Part shown: piece by piece, positions 11,843 to 25,026 of the stretch
Layout: every line of letters starts with the position of its first letter
Numbering within the stretch: the first letter of the stretch is position 1
Made by a program: the position numbers and the translations under genes
The notes under the pieces: model-generated
What the model saw: only the letters and a program-made list of their open reading frames with translations
What the model was told of the DNA's origin: nothing
The model's database searches: none
Source of the DNA: Sarea resinae
Taxonomy: Eukaryota
NCBI GenBank assembly: GCA_026026165.1
Contig: JAPEUD010000004.1
Span: 62,001 to 126,000 of the forward strand
Reading direction: 5' to 3'
Length of the DNA: 64,000 nucleotides

Positions 11843-13840
11843 ATGTATATTCCAGGGCCATTGCCGACCCTCTTGCTCTCTTCGCTCGCTATCGCGCATG
11901 TCGCATTGGCATCACCTCTCGTTCCGCGCAATGAGACTTGCAGGCGGACGAAGGTTGCGATCCTGTCAGTCAATTAAGCTGCGAGTCTAATACGGATCCA
12001 TCGTTGCTAATGTTGATGTCCTAGTGGTGCTGGAGTCGCAGGCATTACCGCTGCGGTAGGCGATTTGTTGTCCATGACGAGCATGCATGGCTGATGTCTC
12101 TGCTCTAGCAAGCACTCCACAATCAATCGGTAGAAGACTTTGTCATAGTCGAATATAACGGTGAAATCGGAGGCCGGGTCGCGCATACGAACTTCGGGGC
12201 CGACAAGGACGGCAAACCTTATGTGGTTGAGATCGGGGCCAACTGGGTGTGCAACCTTCTATGCGACCAACCAAGCACTCTTCCTATGCTGACACTGCTA
12301 CCAGGTGCAAGGCTTGGTGACCGAAGGCGGCCCGGAGAACCCAATATGGGCATTGGTATGTCCTGAGCAACCCAAATCTATCAACTCTCCGTTTCCTGAG
12401 AGCTGACCCGTATATCGACCACAGGCGCAAAAGTGGAATATCACCAACACCTACAGCAATTACTCCTCGATCCAAACCTTCAATGGGACTGGCGCAGTCG
12501 ACTACACAGACCTCCTTGATGATTTCGAAGACGCGTATTCGGTCCTCGAACAGGACGCCGGCTATATTCTGAGCGAGAACCTGCAGGACCGAAGCGTTCG
12601 TTCTGGTTTGAGCCTGGCGGGATGGAAGCCGAAGAGCATGGAGGCTCAGGCGGTTGAATGGTGGGAGTGGGATTGGGAGTATGCTTATAGTCCTGTCTGT
12701 ATATCCCAACTGGTCTTTGCCATAGCTCTTGCTAACGTTTGCTTCTGTCAATCAGGAACTAAGCTCGCAGGAGTTTGGAATTGTCAACTACGTGAGTTCT
12801 CTTCTACCCCTCCTCTCTCCTTGGCTGTACTCGCGTTGGAATACATTCGTCTAGAGCAAAACTCATGCGATGGATTTATACAGAACACGACCTTCTACCA
12901 ATTCTCAGATGCCAACAATTTCGTCATCGACCAACGCGGCTTCTCGCATTTTCTCATCTCAGAAGCCTCAACCTTCCTCTCGGCCTCCGACCCACGCCTC
13001 CTGTTCAACACAACAGTCACAAACATAAGCTATACATCTCCGGACGCCGTCACCATCACGAACGCGGACGGATCCTGCATCATGGCCGACCACACGATCG
13101 TGACCTTTTCTCTCGGTGTCCTACAGAACTCGCCCACGCTGGCCTTCGAGCCCGAACTGCCGGCCTGGAAACAAGAGGCCATTTCCTCTTTCAGCATGGG
13201 CACGTACACGAAGCTGTTCCTGCAATTCCCCCTCGACACGGAACCCTTCTGGAACACATCCTACCAATTCTTCCTCTACGCGTCCCCGAGCACACGCGGC
13301 TACTACCCGGTATGGCAATCGCTATCCTCGACGGGCTTCATCCCGGACAGCAACATTCTCTTCGCGACAGTCGTCCAAGACGAATCGGCGCGGGTGGAAC
13401 GCATGAGCGACGCCGACGTACAAGCGGAGCTGCTCACGGTGCTGCGACAGATGTACGGCGCAGCCGCCGTGCCGGAGCCGACGGCGTTCCATTTCCCGCG
13501 CTGGGGCACCACCGAGTGGGCGTACGGGAGCTACTCGAACTGGCCGCCGGGGGTGTCGCTGGCCGCGCACGAGAACCTGCGCGCCACCGTCGACGGCCGC
13601 GTGTGGTTCGCCGGCGAGGCCACTAGCGCCGAGTATTTCGGCTTCTTGCAGGGCGCGTGGTTCGAGGGCCAGAGCGTCGGCGCGCACGTCGCCGCGTGTG
13701 TCAAGAATGGCACCGGCAGTGCTGCGTGTGGCGCCGCGGCGGAGAAGGCGTATGAGGTCTTGCATGGCACCACGCCGGAGAGCATGTATGATGCCGCCAA
13801 CGGGTGGGAGGTCACTAGTTTTCAGACGAATGGGTTCTGA
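11843..13840 (+). CDS. Secreted FAD-dependent polyamine oxidase (flavin amine oxidase), multi-exon
   Basis: Signal peptide MYIPGPLPTLLLSSLAIAHVALA; KVAIL|GAGVAGITAA (FAD motif on a microexon); IGGRV, EIGANW|VQG, TFSLGVLQ, YTKLFLQF, YGSYSNWP and WFAGEATS..GFLQGAWFEG. Confidence 0.92.
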
Positions 13841-14707
13841 TACTGCCCTTGTCTTCTTGGGGCGGGGAAAAGGGGATGTGAAGTGGTCAGTCGAGGGAGG
13901 GAGGGAGGGAGGGAGGGAGCTGGTTGACGGTCGCTCATCTATACGAAGTATATATCTCGCAAGCAAAGCCACGACGCTTCTTTCTTACCGAAAAGACCAT
14001 GTCTCCCTCTGGGGATCCCAAGAGGCGGTTTCTTAACGGGTGTACCGGGTGTAGCTTATAGTAAGTTAGTATCGTGCATAGACACGGCGATTCTATCAAA
14101 CAAAACCAAGTTGGCAATCACAATCAGTAGTCTGTTAATAAATCTATCCATAAAACACTAGATTGGCGCCTGCCCATTATTGTCCCTCGACCCAATACGT
14201 TGGCAAAGCCCCGACGACAAGGAAAACTTCTGCGGCGAACGAAGCTCGCGTCGTCGAGTTAGGTGGTGATAGTGGTCGAAGTTCGGGGGCGCCTCTCCAT
14301 TAGCTAGTGGGGTTTTCTTTTAAGAGACAATGGACAGGTGGTAGGTATTTCTGAAGTGGTTTCCAATACAATCTTGCTTTTGGGTCTTCGGATTTTTGAG
14401 TCTTGGGATCGCTCTGTGCACGTCGTCAGTCGGGCACTAGAGAGGAAAGAGGGAATGGTGTAGGGAACAAGGACCGGCTTACCATTCTGGGGCTTCCGCA
14501 CGGTGCCGGCCCCGACAAGCAGCAGAACAGAGGCCGGCGTAACAATGATCGACGGACGTGTCCATGCCAAACGGGCCATTAATCTTTCCCTCCCTTTTCT
14601 TCTTTCTTCTCTTCCAACCTTTTCCTCTCCCACATTTACCCCATTCGTTACACCATTCGACCGAAAAGAACACCCGACGGTTGTAGCTCCACCACCCCAA
14701 AGAGAGA

Positions 14708-15384
14708 TCAATCCTCCATCTCCTTCTCGGCGCCCCCATCCGCGGCGGCGCCCGGACTCCGGCTCCGTGCCCGGCCGCCTGTTTTGCCCCTCGCGCCCTT
14801 GCCTTGTCCTTGGTTCTGTTGGCCTTTTCCTGGCGGCGGCCGTACGAAGGCGAAGTCGACTGCGATGGTCTGGTCGAGGAGCTTGGCGTTGTTGGCGCCG
14901 TCGATGGCCGCGCGGGCTTCCGAGAGCGTGGGGTATTCGATTAGTGCGTAGCCCTGATTGATCGATTAGTTAATCCCCAGGATGAGAAGACTGAAGGGAG
15001 GTGTGAAGTTGAACATTGATAGAAGCGTTAAGCGCTGCGCATGTGAAGATGCAGAAGTGGAAATGGCATTGTAACATGCCCGCTTCAGCCGGGCTTCAAA
15101 GTATGTCGTGGGAACGGATGTTTGCAAGGGGAGAAGAAGAGAGAACGGACCTTCACATAACCCGTCCTCCGATCCAGATTCATGTGTAAATTTTTGATCT
15201 CGCCGTATTCGCCGAACAGCTCGTTCAGGTCCTCTTCGCTGGCTTCTTCGTGGATGTTGGTTGCCACGATGATCCAGCCCTCGATACTGCGGACCGCGGG
15301 CGCGTTGGCCTGGGTCATCGGCGAGGCGCCGGTTGTGGTGGCGGTAGGAGCGGCAGGCTCATCGACGTCCATGGCAGTAGACAT
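14708..15384 (-). CDS. RBM8A: RNA-binding protein 8A / Y14 (exon junction complex), 2 exons
   Basis: Exon 1 [33 protein letters not shown], intron about 15150-14954, exon 2 [40 protein letters not shown]. Confidence 0.95.
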
Positions 15385-18300
15385 TTTGATGAGAGGTGAA
15401 AGGGAATGAGATGCGGAGTGTGTGGTTGGCGGCGGCGGTGGTGGTGATGGTGGTGATGGTGGATGATGAAGAGGTGGGGATTGAATAAGTCGTCAGATAG
15501 ACTCGAACGTCTGCTTTGAGCCAGAAAAGAGACGAGGGGATCCGTGGGTGTGAAGATGGAGGCAGACTCGCGTTTGATAGCGACAGCAATTCGATTCAAA
15601 AGGTGGGCGTCGCAAGTGATTTGGGAATCAAGATTGATCTTCTCGACGCGAAGCGCATGCAGCGCCCGACTCAAGATAGCCGCGTCCAGTCGCTCGCTTC
15701 GAACTTTTTGGGGTTTGAGCATGCGGCTCAACCGCTCATCCATACCAACCCCTACATCGACTGCAAATACTGCGTATAGCACATCCTGCATTGACTCTCT
15801 GCCTTTCATAATTGCAATATTGACACATGTCGATATTCGATGGGACTCAAAATAAGATCTTTCTATTGCTTCCTCGGTTCTAGAACCTAGATGCCCTGTT
15901 TTGCATGCTTATCATCGTATACGGAATCTCCTACGACTATCGGAGTACACATTTTTCTCATTGGCTATCTCAACCAATTGTAGGGCTTCATCGGCGAGGA
16001 AAATCGAGCACCGGTGTCGTCTGGGACTCAATAACTCCACCTCGTTGTCACATTCATACAGGGAAGAGATGAGATCTCTTTTGTATCGCCGGACGCAGGA
16101 GTTCCAATTGGCCCAGCAGATGCTACCCACGGATGTCGGGTCAACAGCGCGGCTAGTTTGAGCCAGTTGCTCTTTGATACAGGCACCCGTGTGGGGTAAG
16201 TGGCGCAACGTGGTGATGCCCTGGTCAAACGCAAAAGCAACGCAAGACTTGAACAGGTTCTCCTTGGAATGTGGCGTAATATGGCAGGCTGGAAGGATTC
16301 AATGGAAGTTGCGGTAGTATTGCGGTAATCGCGATAGCAACGGTATTAGATTCCCTGCTTTTTGGTTTCGTATCAGAGAGATGAGAATAAGGATCTTTGA
16401 AGATGCGCCGAAAATAGAAAGACAAGAGGGGAAAAGAATTTAATTGTAATATATATGGAATGCTTCATCTCCTCCCCCATCTGACAATAATGGCCTCTAC
16501 CCGTTACTCACACCTCTCTGCTTTGTCCCATTGGTCTGCGCATCACTGGTCATCCCGATTCCCATCTCTTCTAATCAAATCTGGCTGCTCATCTCTGCAC
16601 AAGGTGTGCTGAATGCTGTGAGTGGGAGTCTGCCGTTCAGTCCTACCAGCCTGTATTTAGAGCGGCGGACCGGGCAGCGCAAGGGGCTGGCTTATGGCGT
16701 TATGTAGGATCAAAAAGTACCGCGGTCCTGCCATCTGTGGCCAGCAAGGGACCGGATAAGTGCGGGTTTCAGACGGTGTTAGGGGCGTGAGTAGTTGCTG
16801 TAGTAGGACTTTTGTCTTTCCTACTGAAGTCCTTCCCACTGGATGCCGTTAATCATAACTTTTCAGGGGTCGTTAGCGTTCACTTTGAATATAGAAAAGC
16901 AAAACTTATCCTCACAGCGTTTTGTGACTCTTCCGCTTCTCAAGGGTCCCAGTACTCGGATTTTCCCTTCCAACCAACCGCCACCTCAGTCCCACCAATC
17001 TCTCTCTCCTCGGCCTTCTCCTGTTCTGGACCCACCAAACAGGGAGAACCACTTCGTTATTTCCTTCCCAGCGGTTGGCTTTCCACTCACGCAACTCTTA
17101 CTGTCCGTCTTCATGCTGTTGCTTGGCCCGCGCTACTTGCAGCACAAAACACGACAGAAGTCCTCGGCAGCATTGTCTTCGGCAACTCATTCGGCCGTCA
17201 GCAGCGGCGCTCCCAAATCCGTTCTCATGATCCCTCTGAATCGTCTATTGGCGGTACTGGTAACAAACGCTGCAGCTGCATCCCAATCAGCATCTCAGCT
17301 TTGGGTTCTGCGATGCCAGTGCTCGTGTTTTTGGGTTCGCCGGACGGTGGTCAAACAGCTCGAGTAGTATTCGTGGCGTTGTTTGTGGTACTCCATGGGC
17401 TCTTTGCGGGCGCGTTAAGCACCACGTGGTAGGCGATGGCAGATGAGTCGGCGGCAAAGCAGTCAGTATTGGAGACAGGATCGGTCTTCGGGCTGTTTAG
17501 CAGATGGAAGAGGCATCGGAGACGTTGTGAGCGTGCCTGAGCATTGCATTGGTGAGAGGGAAGCAAGGCAGCAGCGGAAGCGTTGCTATTGTAAACTTGG
17601 GTCATGAGACCGAGCTTGAGCCGCTCGTTAGATTTATGGGAATTTCAGCGCTGTTGATTGGATGGGCGTGGGGTCCCAAGATGCTGGTGAAAGGTGCATA
17701 TCGTTGTGGTTTCGAAATTCCCGAGTTCTAGATGGGGTGCTTGTGCTTGATATCCGGTGCCACGGATACGGTTTTGGATTGCGGCGTAGGCCTAGTTGCT
17801 AGGAAATAAAAGATTTGAGAAGCAATTATAAATGCATTATCACACCAGGGCGATGGCCATTTCTCAGGAAACACATATTGCAGAGATATTGCACGTTTGG
17901 GATTTGAAACAAAATGCGATAAGTTGGCCTGCATCGAATTATTCTGAAAAGTTGTACGGGTCTGGAAAGACAGGAGCGTGACCTCCACAGTCCACCGCGA
18001 TTGGATGTTCCTTCAAAAGAGAAAAAGAAGGGGGGTCGGCTGGTTCCCGCAAAATCTGGTTGCTCGAGCAGAGCCTCAGCTGAAGTCGGCAGCGCTGATC
18101 TTTGCTTCCTTGAGACCCCTCAAATCCTTGAAAGGTTTTCTCGAGAGGCCGGTGGCTCTGAAAGGGGTCGCCTGTAACGAAGGGTGAGAGGAAAACCAGA
18201 CGCCACGTGAGTCATCCAGAGAAACGTCATGATCCGGACCGACAGTCTGTGCCTATCTTTGGCTCTATGGCAGCGCAACTCCCACGGCCGCTAGCCGCCA

Positions 18301-19440
18301 GAGTGGAACGAGCCTCTGAGGAGACAAGGTGCGCTGACCGGGGAAGACGGGAGGACGGGGAGAACAGTCGCAACAATCATGAAGGGAGACAAGACGAAGG
18401 ATCACGGACAAGAAGTGCGATGATGGGCAAGGTGGTCACCGCAGACAGAGCAATGTGGGAATTACGAGACGACAGGACCAGGGCATAGCTTGCGTCTTTT
18501 GTCCCTACCATACCAAATGGATCTGGGGGCGGTGGACAAAAAGCGCGCTACGGTAGGGGACCGTCCTTCTGGGACGGGTACGTTCCATGGCGGCATCTAT
18601 CCGCCGTCCATCCTGGTGGGAGTGCTGCTTAATGTGTGGACTGCTGGGTGATAGGAGATGCCCAGAAGTCCACGGGTGTCAACACACCTCCACCCCTCCC
18701 CCTGGGCTTAGGTCAGCGTCCTACTCTACTCATAGTAAGGTTTGGCCGGGGAGGGTCGCCGGTTGATGTAAGATACCTGGTCAGTGGGATCTATTAAGTT
18801 TCGTACCCTGTCGAACTACTATGAGCACCGCCCGCAGTCGTTCCTGGAGGCTTCCACATGTGCCGAGAGGTACTCCGTATATACTCATAGTACGAAGTAT
18901 TCGTACTCCTTACTGTGACGCTGAGGCAAGCACTCTTGTCGTCGCGCCGGTCGCTGCCCATCAATGTCAGTTCGCCATCACACACTTCGGGTATTACCGT
19001 GCGATGCCTACCTTAGGTAAGATCTCCTTCACCGATGAAGTGCGGGCTTGCCCAAGTACCTCCAGACCACCTAGTGTGACCGGAACAGCCGCGCGCACAA
19101 GCCCGTCTCTAATGATGTTCCTGAAGACTCCGCTGAACTGTCCTTGAAGCATATCAAACTCGAAGATGATCTGCACAGCTATCCTGAACAACCTTGCGTG
19201 TTTTCTAAGATTCCATGACTGGTTCTTCCCTACCGTGGAGACAGCACGATCTCCCGCTGATACATCACCTTATGCCTTAACGATGCCTGTAGCCCAAGCG
19301 GGTCCCACTGAACGCACAGGCTTCCAAGATCGAAGCATCTTTTCAGAGTTGTTGATGTCTACTGCAATCACCAGATTGAATGGGAACGACCGCTGCTTCT
19401 GTCTGTGGTCGCTCGCTCCCTGCTTTGCAATCCATTGAGC

Positions 19441-19450
19441 TATATAAATA
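19441..19450 (+). promoter_or_regulatory. Candidate TATA box for Clr5 copy 1
   Basis: TATATAAATA about 125 nt upstream of the ATG at 19565/19571. Confidence 0.45.
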
Positions 19451-19564
19451 CTTGGCCCAAGCTACCAGTAGATTCCTGACTGCCATCTCCACGACATTGT
19501 TTCTCGAGCACAAGCTACATGTATCTCGACTATCCCGCCCATCAAAGTCCTCTGTATTATAGCC

Positions 19565-19810
19565 ATGACTATGCCTTCTTCCTTCGAGTGGGAAAGCTGG
19601 AAGAACTATATCGTATACAAGTACGTCCGGCAGAACAAAACCTTGAAGGTCGTCAGAGACGAAATCGAAGCCGAAGGGCTGCGGTATGTGACGTAAGTTC
19701 ACCATCTGTCAGTAATTGGTCTATGGGCGAAAGAAGTCTCAGCGGTATTTAGGCAATACAAACTTCAGTATCGTCTGAGAAAATGGAGAATCCGTAAGAT
19801 GAATAGATGA
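19565..19810 (+). CDS. Clr5-domain-only microprotein, copy 1 (59-61 aa, 2 exons)
   Basis: (MT)MPSSFEWESWKNYIVYKYVRQNKTLKVVRDEIEAEGLRYVT, phase-2 intron 19693-19752 (GTAAGT..TTTAG), then QYKLQYRLRKWRIRKMNR*. Fits the Clr5 pattern WE..K..I...Y......L............Y/L..RL..W...K. The branch site is weak. Confidence 0.7.
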
Positions 19811-20970
19811 CGCGCGAACGGCCCCAAGGACTGGTATCAAACCAGTAAGTATGCTTGAAACCCTTGGATCCCTTATTGACAGCTGCTGAGGCACCATTAC
19901 GCAATGCCTCTGGACTTGGATGATGGTTCGCAATGGCATGCTTGACACCGGGGGTCTACCTCATCGTCCGACTGGGGTTCTACTGGGGTTCTACTTGCTT
20001 TCGCTTCGTTTGAGGCTTTAAGGTTGCTTGCTTAGCGCCTCATGCCACAGCAGTAATCCATGACACGGCTGGATCTGAAAGCCTCCAGGCTCTATTTTGC
20101 ACTTCTCTCGTCGTTCTTTCTGTCCTTTGGGGCAATATAGCTATATTCCTTTTACTTTGCCATTTCTCCAAGTCGTCGGTCGATGAACATGGAGAACGGT
20201 GAAGATAGGATCAAGATAGCAATTTGACAAACTTTTAACCGGTGAACTTGCCGCTTGAACAGTGAGAGAACGGATGCAGAAGCAACTTGGTTGATACTCT
20301 GCGATACCTTATGATAGCTCGGCGGATGACCAATCATCGTTAACATGGCAGGGCTGGCTACCAGGACCACGGAACGGGGATGATGCTCAAATACCGATAA
20401 ATGTTGCTCGCCCGCCCCTCCTCTTCTAGAAGACTTTGGGCGATCATGGATGGATGGATGTAATTTTCCCGTTATAGCTTCGATCAATCTGAATATTTCC
20501 CATACAACCAAGGAACACGAGGGCAATAATTGCTTTCGTGTCCGACGTCTTGTGTACCTTACCTTCCATACTTTGCACGGTCCTCGGAATCAAGCTTCGT
20601 ACCTTGACGGCGGACATGGGTGTTTGTGTCCGGCTATTCCCGCGAGCGGCGACGCCGGATCGCCCCGAATGGTCTGCGTTAAGCGCTTCCCTAAATCTCG
20701 CGAGCCATCAATCTCGATCTATGGTTATGGCTGGCCAAACTCTAAGTCTGCGTACCTTACTGTTACGGTATTTGGCGTACTATCAACACCACCGCCAGGT
20801 ACGCCGTGGCTACGGCACCACGACCGCTATATGTACCTAGGCAGTTAGTAAGCTTACAGAATTCTCTGTACTCCAGAGACTTTCTCTACGGTATCTGAGA
20901 TTTGCTGGACCTCGCGTTGAGGTGTTAGGCCATTTTGCTTGCTCCGAGGATTGTCGCGATGGAGGCTGAT

Positions 20971-21007
20971 GGGGATCGGGGGTGGGGGGAAGGGGGGGCA
21001 AGGGGGG
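20971..21007 (+). other. G-quadruplex-forming motif
   Basis: GGGG-ATC-GGGGG-T-GGGGGG-AA-GGGGGGG-CAA-GGGGGG: five G-tracts with 1-3 nt loops. Confidence 0.6.
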
Positions 21008-24000
21008 ATTGTACCTACCTTAACCGTAGATCCAGAATTGTTCCCCGATAATCAACCACCTCAGTTCGCCAACCGTTCGTTTCATCTAGAGGGCTGATCA
21101 TTGGGGGCGGTCACAAAGCTACGGCATGACAAAAATACTCCGTAGCTTGCTGTCAATACAATAAATTCGAACGGCGGGCTGCACCGTCGTGGCGTTTGAA
21201 CATACTAAAAACCCCCTTATCTGGAAGAAAGTCGTAGCGTCCTCGACGGACGAGCCGTGAGATGACGGACCGTACCTGGCTTGGCACACCAAGCACGCGT
21301 CGTGTAGATCAATTCAAGTAATTCTGCGCAGCTAGTATTGGATCATCGCTTCCAAGGCAAAGATCTCATCGGATCAGACAATCTTTGCGTCAATCAGGGC
21401 TTACATCTGCAGCGAGCGAGGAGCCAACGCAGGTGTCTCTGCCTAGCTGCCCTTGGTCTATGAGGAATACCTTCCCTTGTGGCTTTTCAGGTCGGTCGGA
21501 GCCCGAGGATGGAAAAGGGGGTCGCTGACGTGTTGCTCTATTCTGCAGGCAAGCTATCCCGTGGGGTAATCTTGCCAAAAACGAGAGGTTCAGGCGGTGA
21601 GGGCCCGCTGAGACCTGTCGGCGTACCCATCGGGGATGAAGTCAATCGAATGAAAGCCTCTAGGCAAGGATTATTAGTGCCGTGCTATTAGCTCTCAGCT
21701 GGATACATGATCATCCCGACGTTCGTGAGTAGTGCACACACCGTAAGACTTTTGTGGATGGTGGTTGAAGCTCCAAGCCAAGGAAGGCAATCGTAGTTAC
21801 TGTCAGAGATCATGCGTGGAAGGGAGGTGGAAGGGAGGTGGGAGGGAGCGGCGTTGTCCATCGTTACGAACTACCATCAGGATTCAAGAGGAAGCTGGGA
21901 TGTTGGAATCCACTAGAGCTACAAGGCCTGGGACAGGGAAAATACCTTAGGCTCGAAGAGGTAAAAAGCCACTTTGTGCCCTCGACGTACTCCTTAGGGG
22001 TTGTTCATCTCGCAATGCATATCTGGCGACCCATTGCCGCGCACCAGCGACTACAGACTGAGGTGTACGGGTACCGTTGGTGGGTTTGATGATGAGCCCG
22101 AGATGACCTCGTGGCATGGTATATTCAGTACCTGAAAGACTTTGATTTTACTGCGTACAGCAGACATCATGAACAAGGGGTCTTCAGCCACTGCAAGCCT
22201 CCTGCCAAGGTCTCCCGGATTCGTGTCGAAGACTCGAAGTATTTCCTCCAAGGCCGCATTGACCACTGAATGGGAGGCCGACAGGGCTACGAGATTGGCG
22301 GACACTCAGTGGTAGTATTACACACAGAGTCATCTTTAACCTCGGAACCCTGTTGTTTGGCTGTGATGTAGTCTTCTGTGGAGAGGAAACGAAAGAGTCT
22401 TGACGGTGTTGATGCTAGCACATGCTTGGTCGTCGAGCAAGAAACGTGACCGATGAGGGAATCCTCCCTAGCACATTACCTTGCCCAATGTAGGTACGTG
22501 GCGGTAGTACCTTTGCCAGATATGGATGCTAGAGTACGGGAGTATTAACGACTTCTTCTCCAGAATAATGCAGAGAGTTGGGATGAACCGCATAGACGGA
22601 TAGCTCGTCGTTCTGTGGATCCGTTACTACGCCGCAAGGCCGAATGAGGCACGCCAAGCATTGTAGCGCAGGGTTTCTCAGCTGGCACCCTCGTCCGGAA
22701 CCAACCTTCCTCGTATCTCAAATAACCTCTCAGCTTGGTAATGCAATGACTCCAAGTCGAAGCAGTCAGACTATACTGCGCAGTATGGTCTCAAGCCATC
22801 AAATATGATTGCTCGATCTAGGAAAACGGGGCTCACCCCCTCTGAACGTATCCCAATAGTGAGTTCGGAATTCGTTATTCCGCATCGATGCCGGCGGGGG
22901 GCCTTGCAGAAGTATCTCTTACACGATAGGTACTTGGTGTGAACTTGAAATTGCGATCCATTAATTCTACCTGTAGCGTTTACTCAGGACGGTAACATAC
23001 CTGGGAATGGTTCTACCCTTCTTATCTGCGAAGGAGAGAAACATTCTGGAAGTCTCCCGCGGCTAAGGATTCTCATCGTGATTCAGTCCTGATCAACAAA
23101 TACGAGGGCCCATTCTGTGCTCGATCAATTCTTCATGGTTCCTCTGTTTCAGGATCTTTTGGCGCTCACTCGGTTCACATCGCTAGGTACCTTACCTTAG
23201 TAGGCAGTGACGAGAGTCGTGAGTGGCGCGATCTGCCTTGCTCGAGAGGTGAGCATACTCCGTACACCGAAATAGTTTGGTCCCCGCAGAAACAGTCCCC
23301 CGTATCGCGCGAAGTGGGGGCGGCAATATTCGGCACTGTTGTTGCGATCTTCAGATGCTATCGTATGAATTGACGAGGTGCCCTCTCTCGGAGCTACCGC
23401 AGCTGAAACAGAGGCCTCGGGGACGTGTCCACCATATTCGTACAATTATACTGGGCTGAGTCCCGAATGAGGAGAAAGTAGCGCGGATTGTCACTCTTGT
23501 CGAACGGCCAGAATGTCAATCTAAGCACTTGACGGACGCGCTGTTGGATCAGGCTGGTTTCAGCCTTTCAGGATTTTACAGATTGGCCCTGAGCTGCACC
23601 AGCCAGAAGGAATACACTGTATCGGTGTTCCTGCAGTTTATCGAGTTCATATTCCGTGGAGTAGTAGTACATCCAACATGGAAATCGAGGACAAGGAATG
23701 CCACACGAAGCCATCTCCGAAGGATCTGCAATTCTTGGTGACGGAGTAGGAGACTCTTCCGTCCGATCGACAGCCTGACCTGGTAACGCGGGTAGGCCAC
23801 GTGCTGTGCAGGCTAGATCCTTATGCTGCCAAGTACTCTGTAGAACGGGTATCCCAGTACCGGCCGCAGACTACCTTCAGATTGGCTCCAACTGTCTTTC
23901 GGCATCTGTCAACACGGAGCACTCGGGCTCCCATTTCCGACCTCACATTCGAAGTGCGTCGAACACATCTGAAAGCTGTAGCTGTGGATAGCAGAATGCC

Positions 24001-24873
24001 CCATTTTGCTTAGCGCCAGTCGAGGACTCGAAGTTGTCACTGACTCTTATTTCCGGAGGAGCTCAGAGTCCTCTTACCATTCTCATTCACGTTCTAATCT
24101 TATTGATCCCATCCGTACCAGACGGCCAAGACTATCTCTCCACTTCTCAGTTACCGCTGAAAATCTGAAGCTTCCGCCATGGAACTAAGGCGGATTGCGT
24201 TTGAAAGCACATCATTGCCTGCACTGAGGCATGACGGGCATCGACGGACCACAGATCGACACCACTTGACTTGACTTTCGATGCTCTTCCGTCCCCTCAC
24301 TCTAGCTTCCCTCCTTCCTTGATTTAGCTTTGGCAGGGTTGTTGATCTACGTATCAAAGATCAGCATTAGGGAAATGCGCAATTACCAGTGCTACTGAGC
24401 TCCGGCAAGGCGTAATCATCACCAGGCAACTTCGTACTTCTTACATCTCCTTCGTTGATACCCTTTCCTGCTACCATTGGTCGGCAGAAACGACTGTTAC
24501 CTGCTTGTTGATCTGCTCCAGAGACGTCCTCAAATCTTCATTTACTCTACGGCCAACGCCTTTCGCTAGTCACGAATTCTGAACATTCCACTCAGCTGAT
24601 GCAATCTTTCGTTTGGCATTATTGTTTCCATGCCGCCAGGAAAAGGATCGGCTTGGCCACCTCGTCCTTCCTGACCAGCAGATCACGAGCCGCAGTCCCT
24701 CGTGACGATCCCTGTACATCCAATATGATATATCGCTCTGCTCAGCGCCCGAAGCCTTGTCGCCAGTACAGACTCATGGCTAAGCTTGCCTAGCTATAAG
24801 ATCAATTCTCGCCGAGCATCATCTCTAGATTGGCGATTGCTGAATCTCTCTTTTGGCTTCATCGAAAATCGGA

Positions 24874-24882
24874 CTATATAAG
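24874..24882 (+). promoter_or_regulatory. Candidate TATA box for Clr5 copy 2
   Basis: TATATAAG about 110-150 nt upstream of the in-frame ATGs at 24985 and 25027. Confidence 0.4.
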
Positions 24883-25026
24883 CTTGGTCATCGAACAAGC
24901 AGCGTTCCACCTTCGGTAGCTTGGCTCGAGCCCTCTCACTCTCGGAGCCTCGTTGGCCTCCCCAACCACAAGCGCCCTTCCCGAATGTCTTCAAAGCTGG
25001 GCCTAACATCCAACTCCGACGTTGAC

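Noticed and set aside
12865..13972. Long alternative-frame and antisense ORFs over the polyamine oxidase, and likewise over DUF1772 and GST
   Set aside because: Explained by the high GC3 codon bias of the real genes.
16812..17432. Overlapping 206 aa and 174 aa plus-strand ORFs
   Set aside because: No recognisable domain, no clear ATG-initiated gene model, and composition typical of spurious or antisense frames.
21300..24800. Coding-like fragments on the minus strand (possible HET-domain or other relic)
   Set aside because: Stops in all frames and no motif I could assign with confidence; counted only as part of the gene-poor interval.
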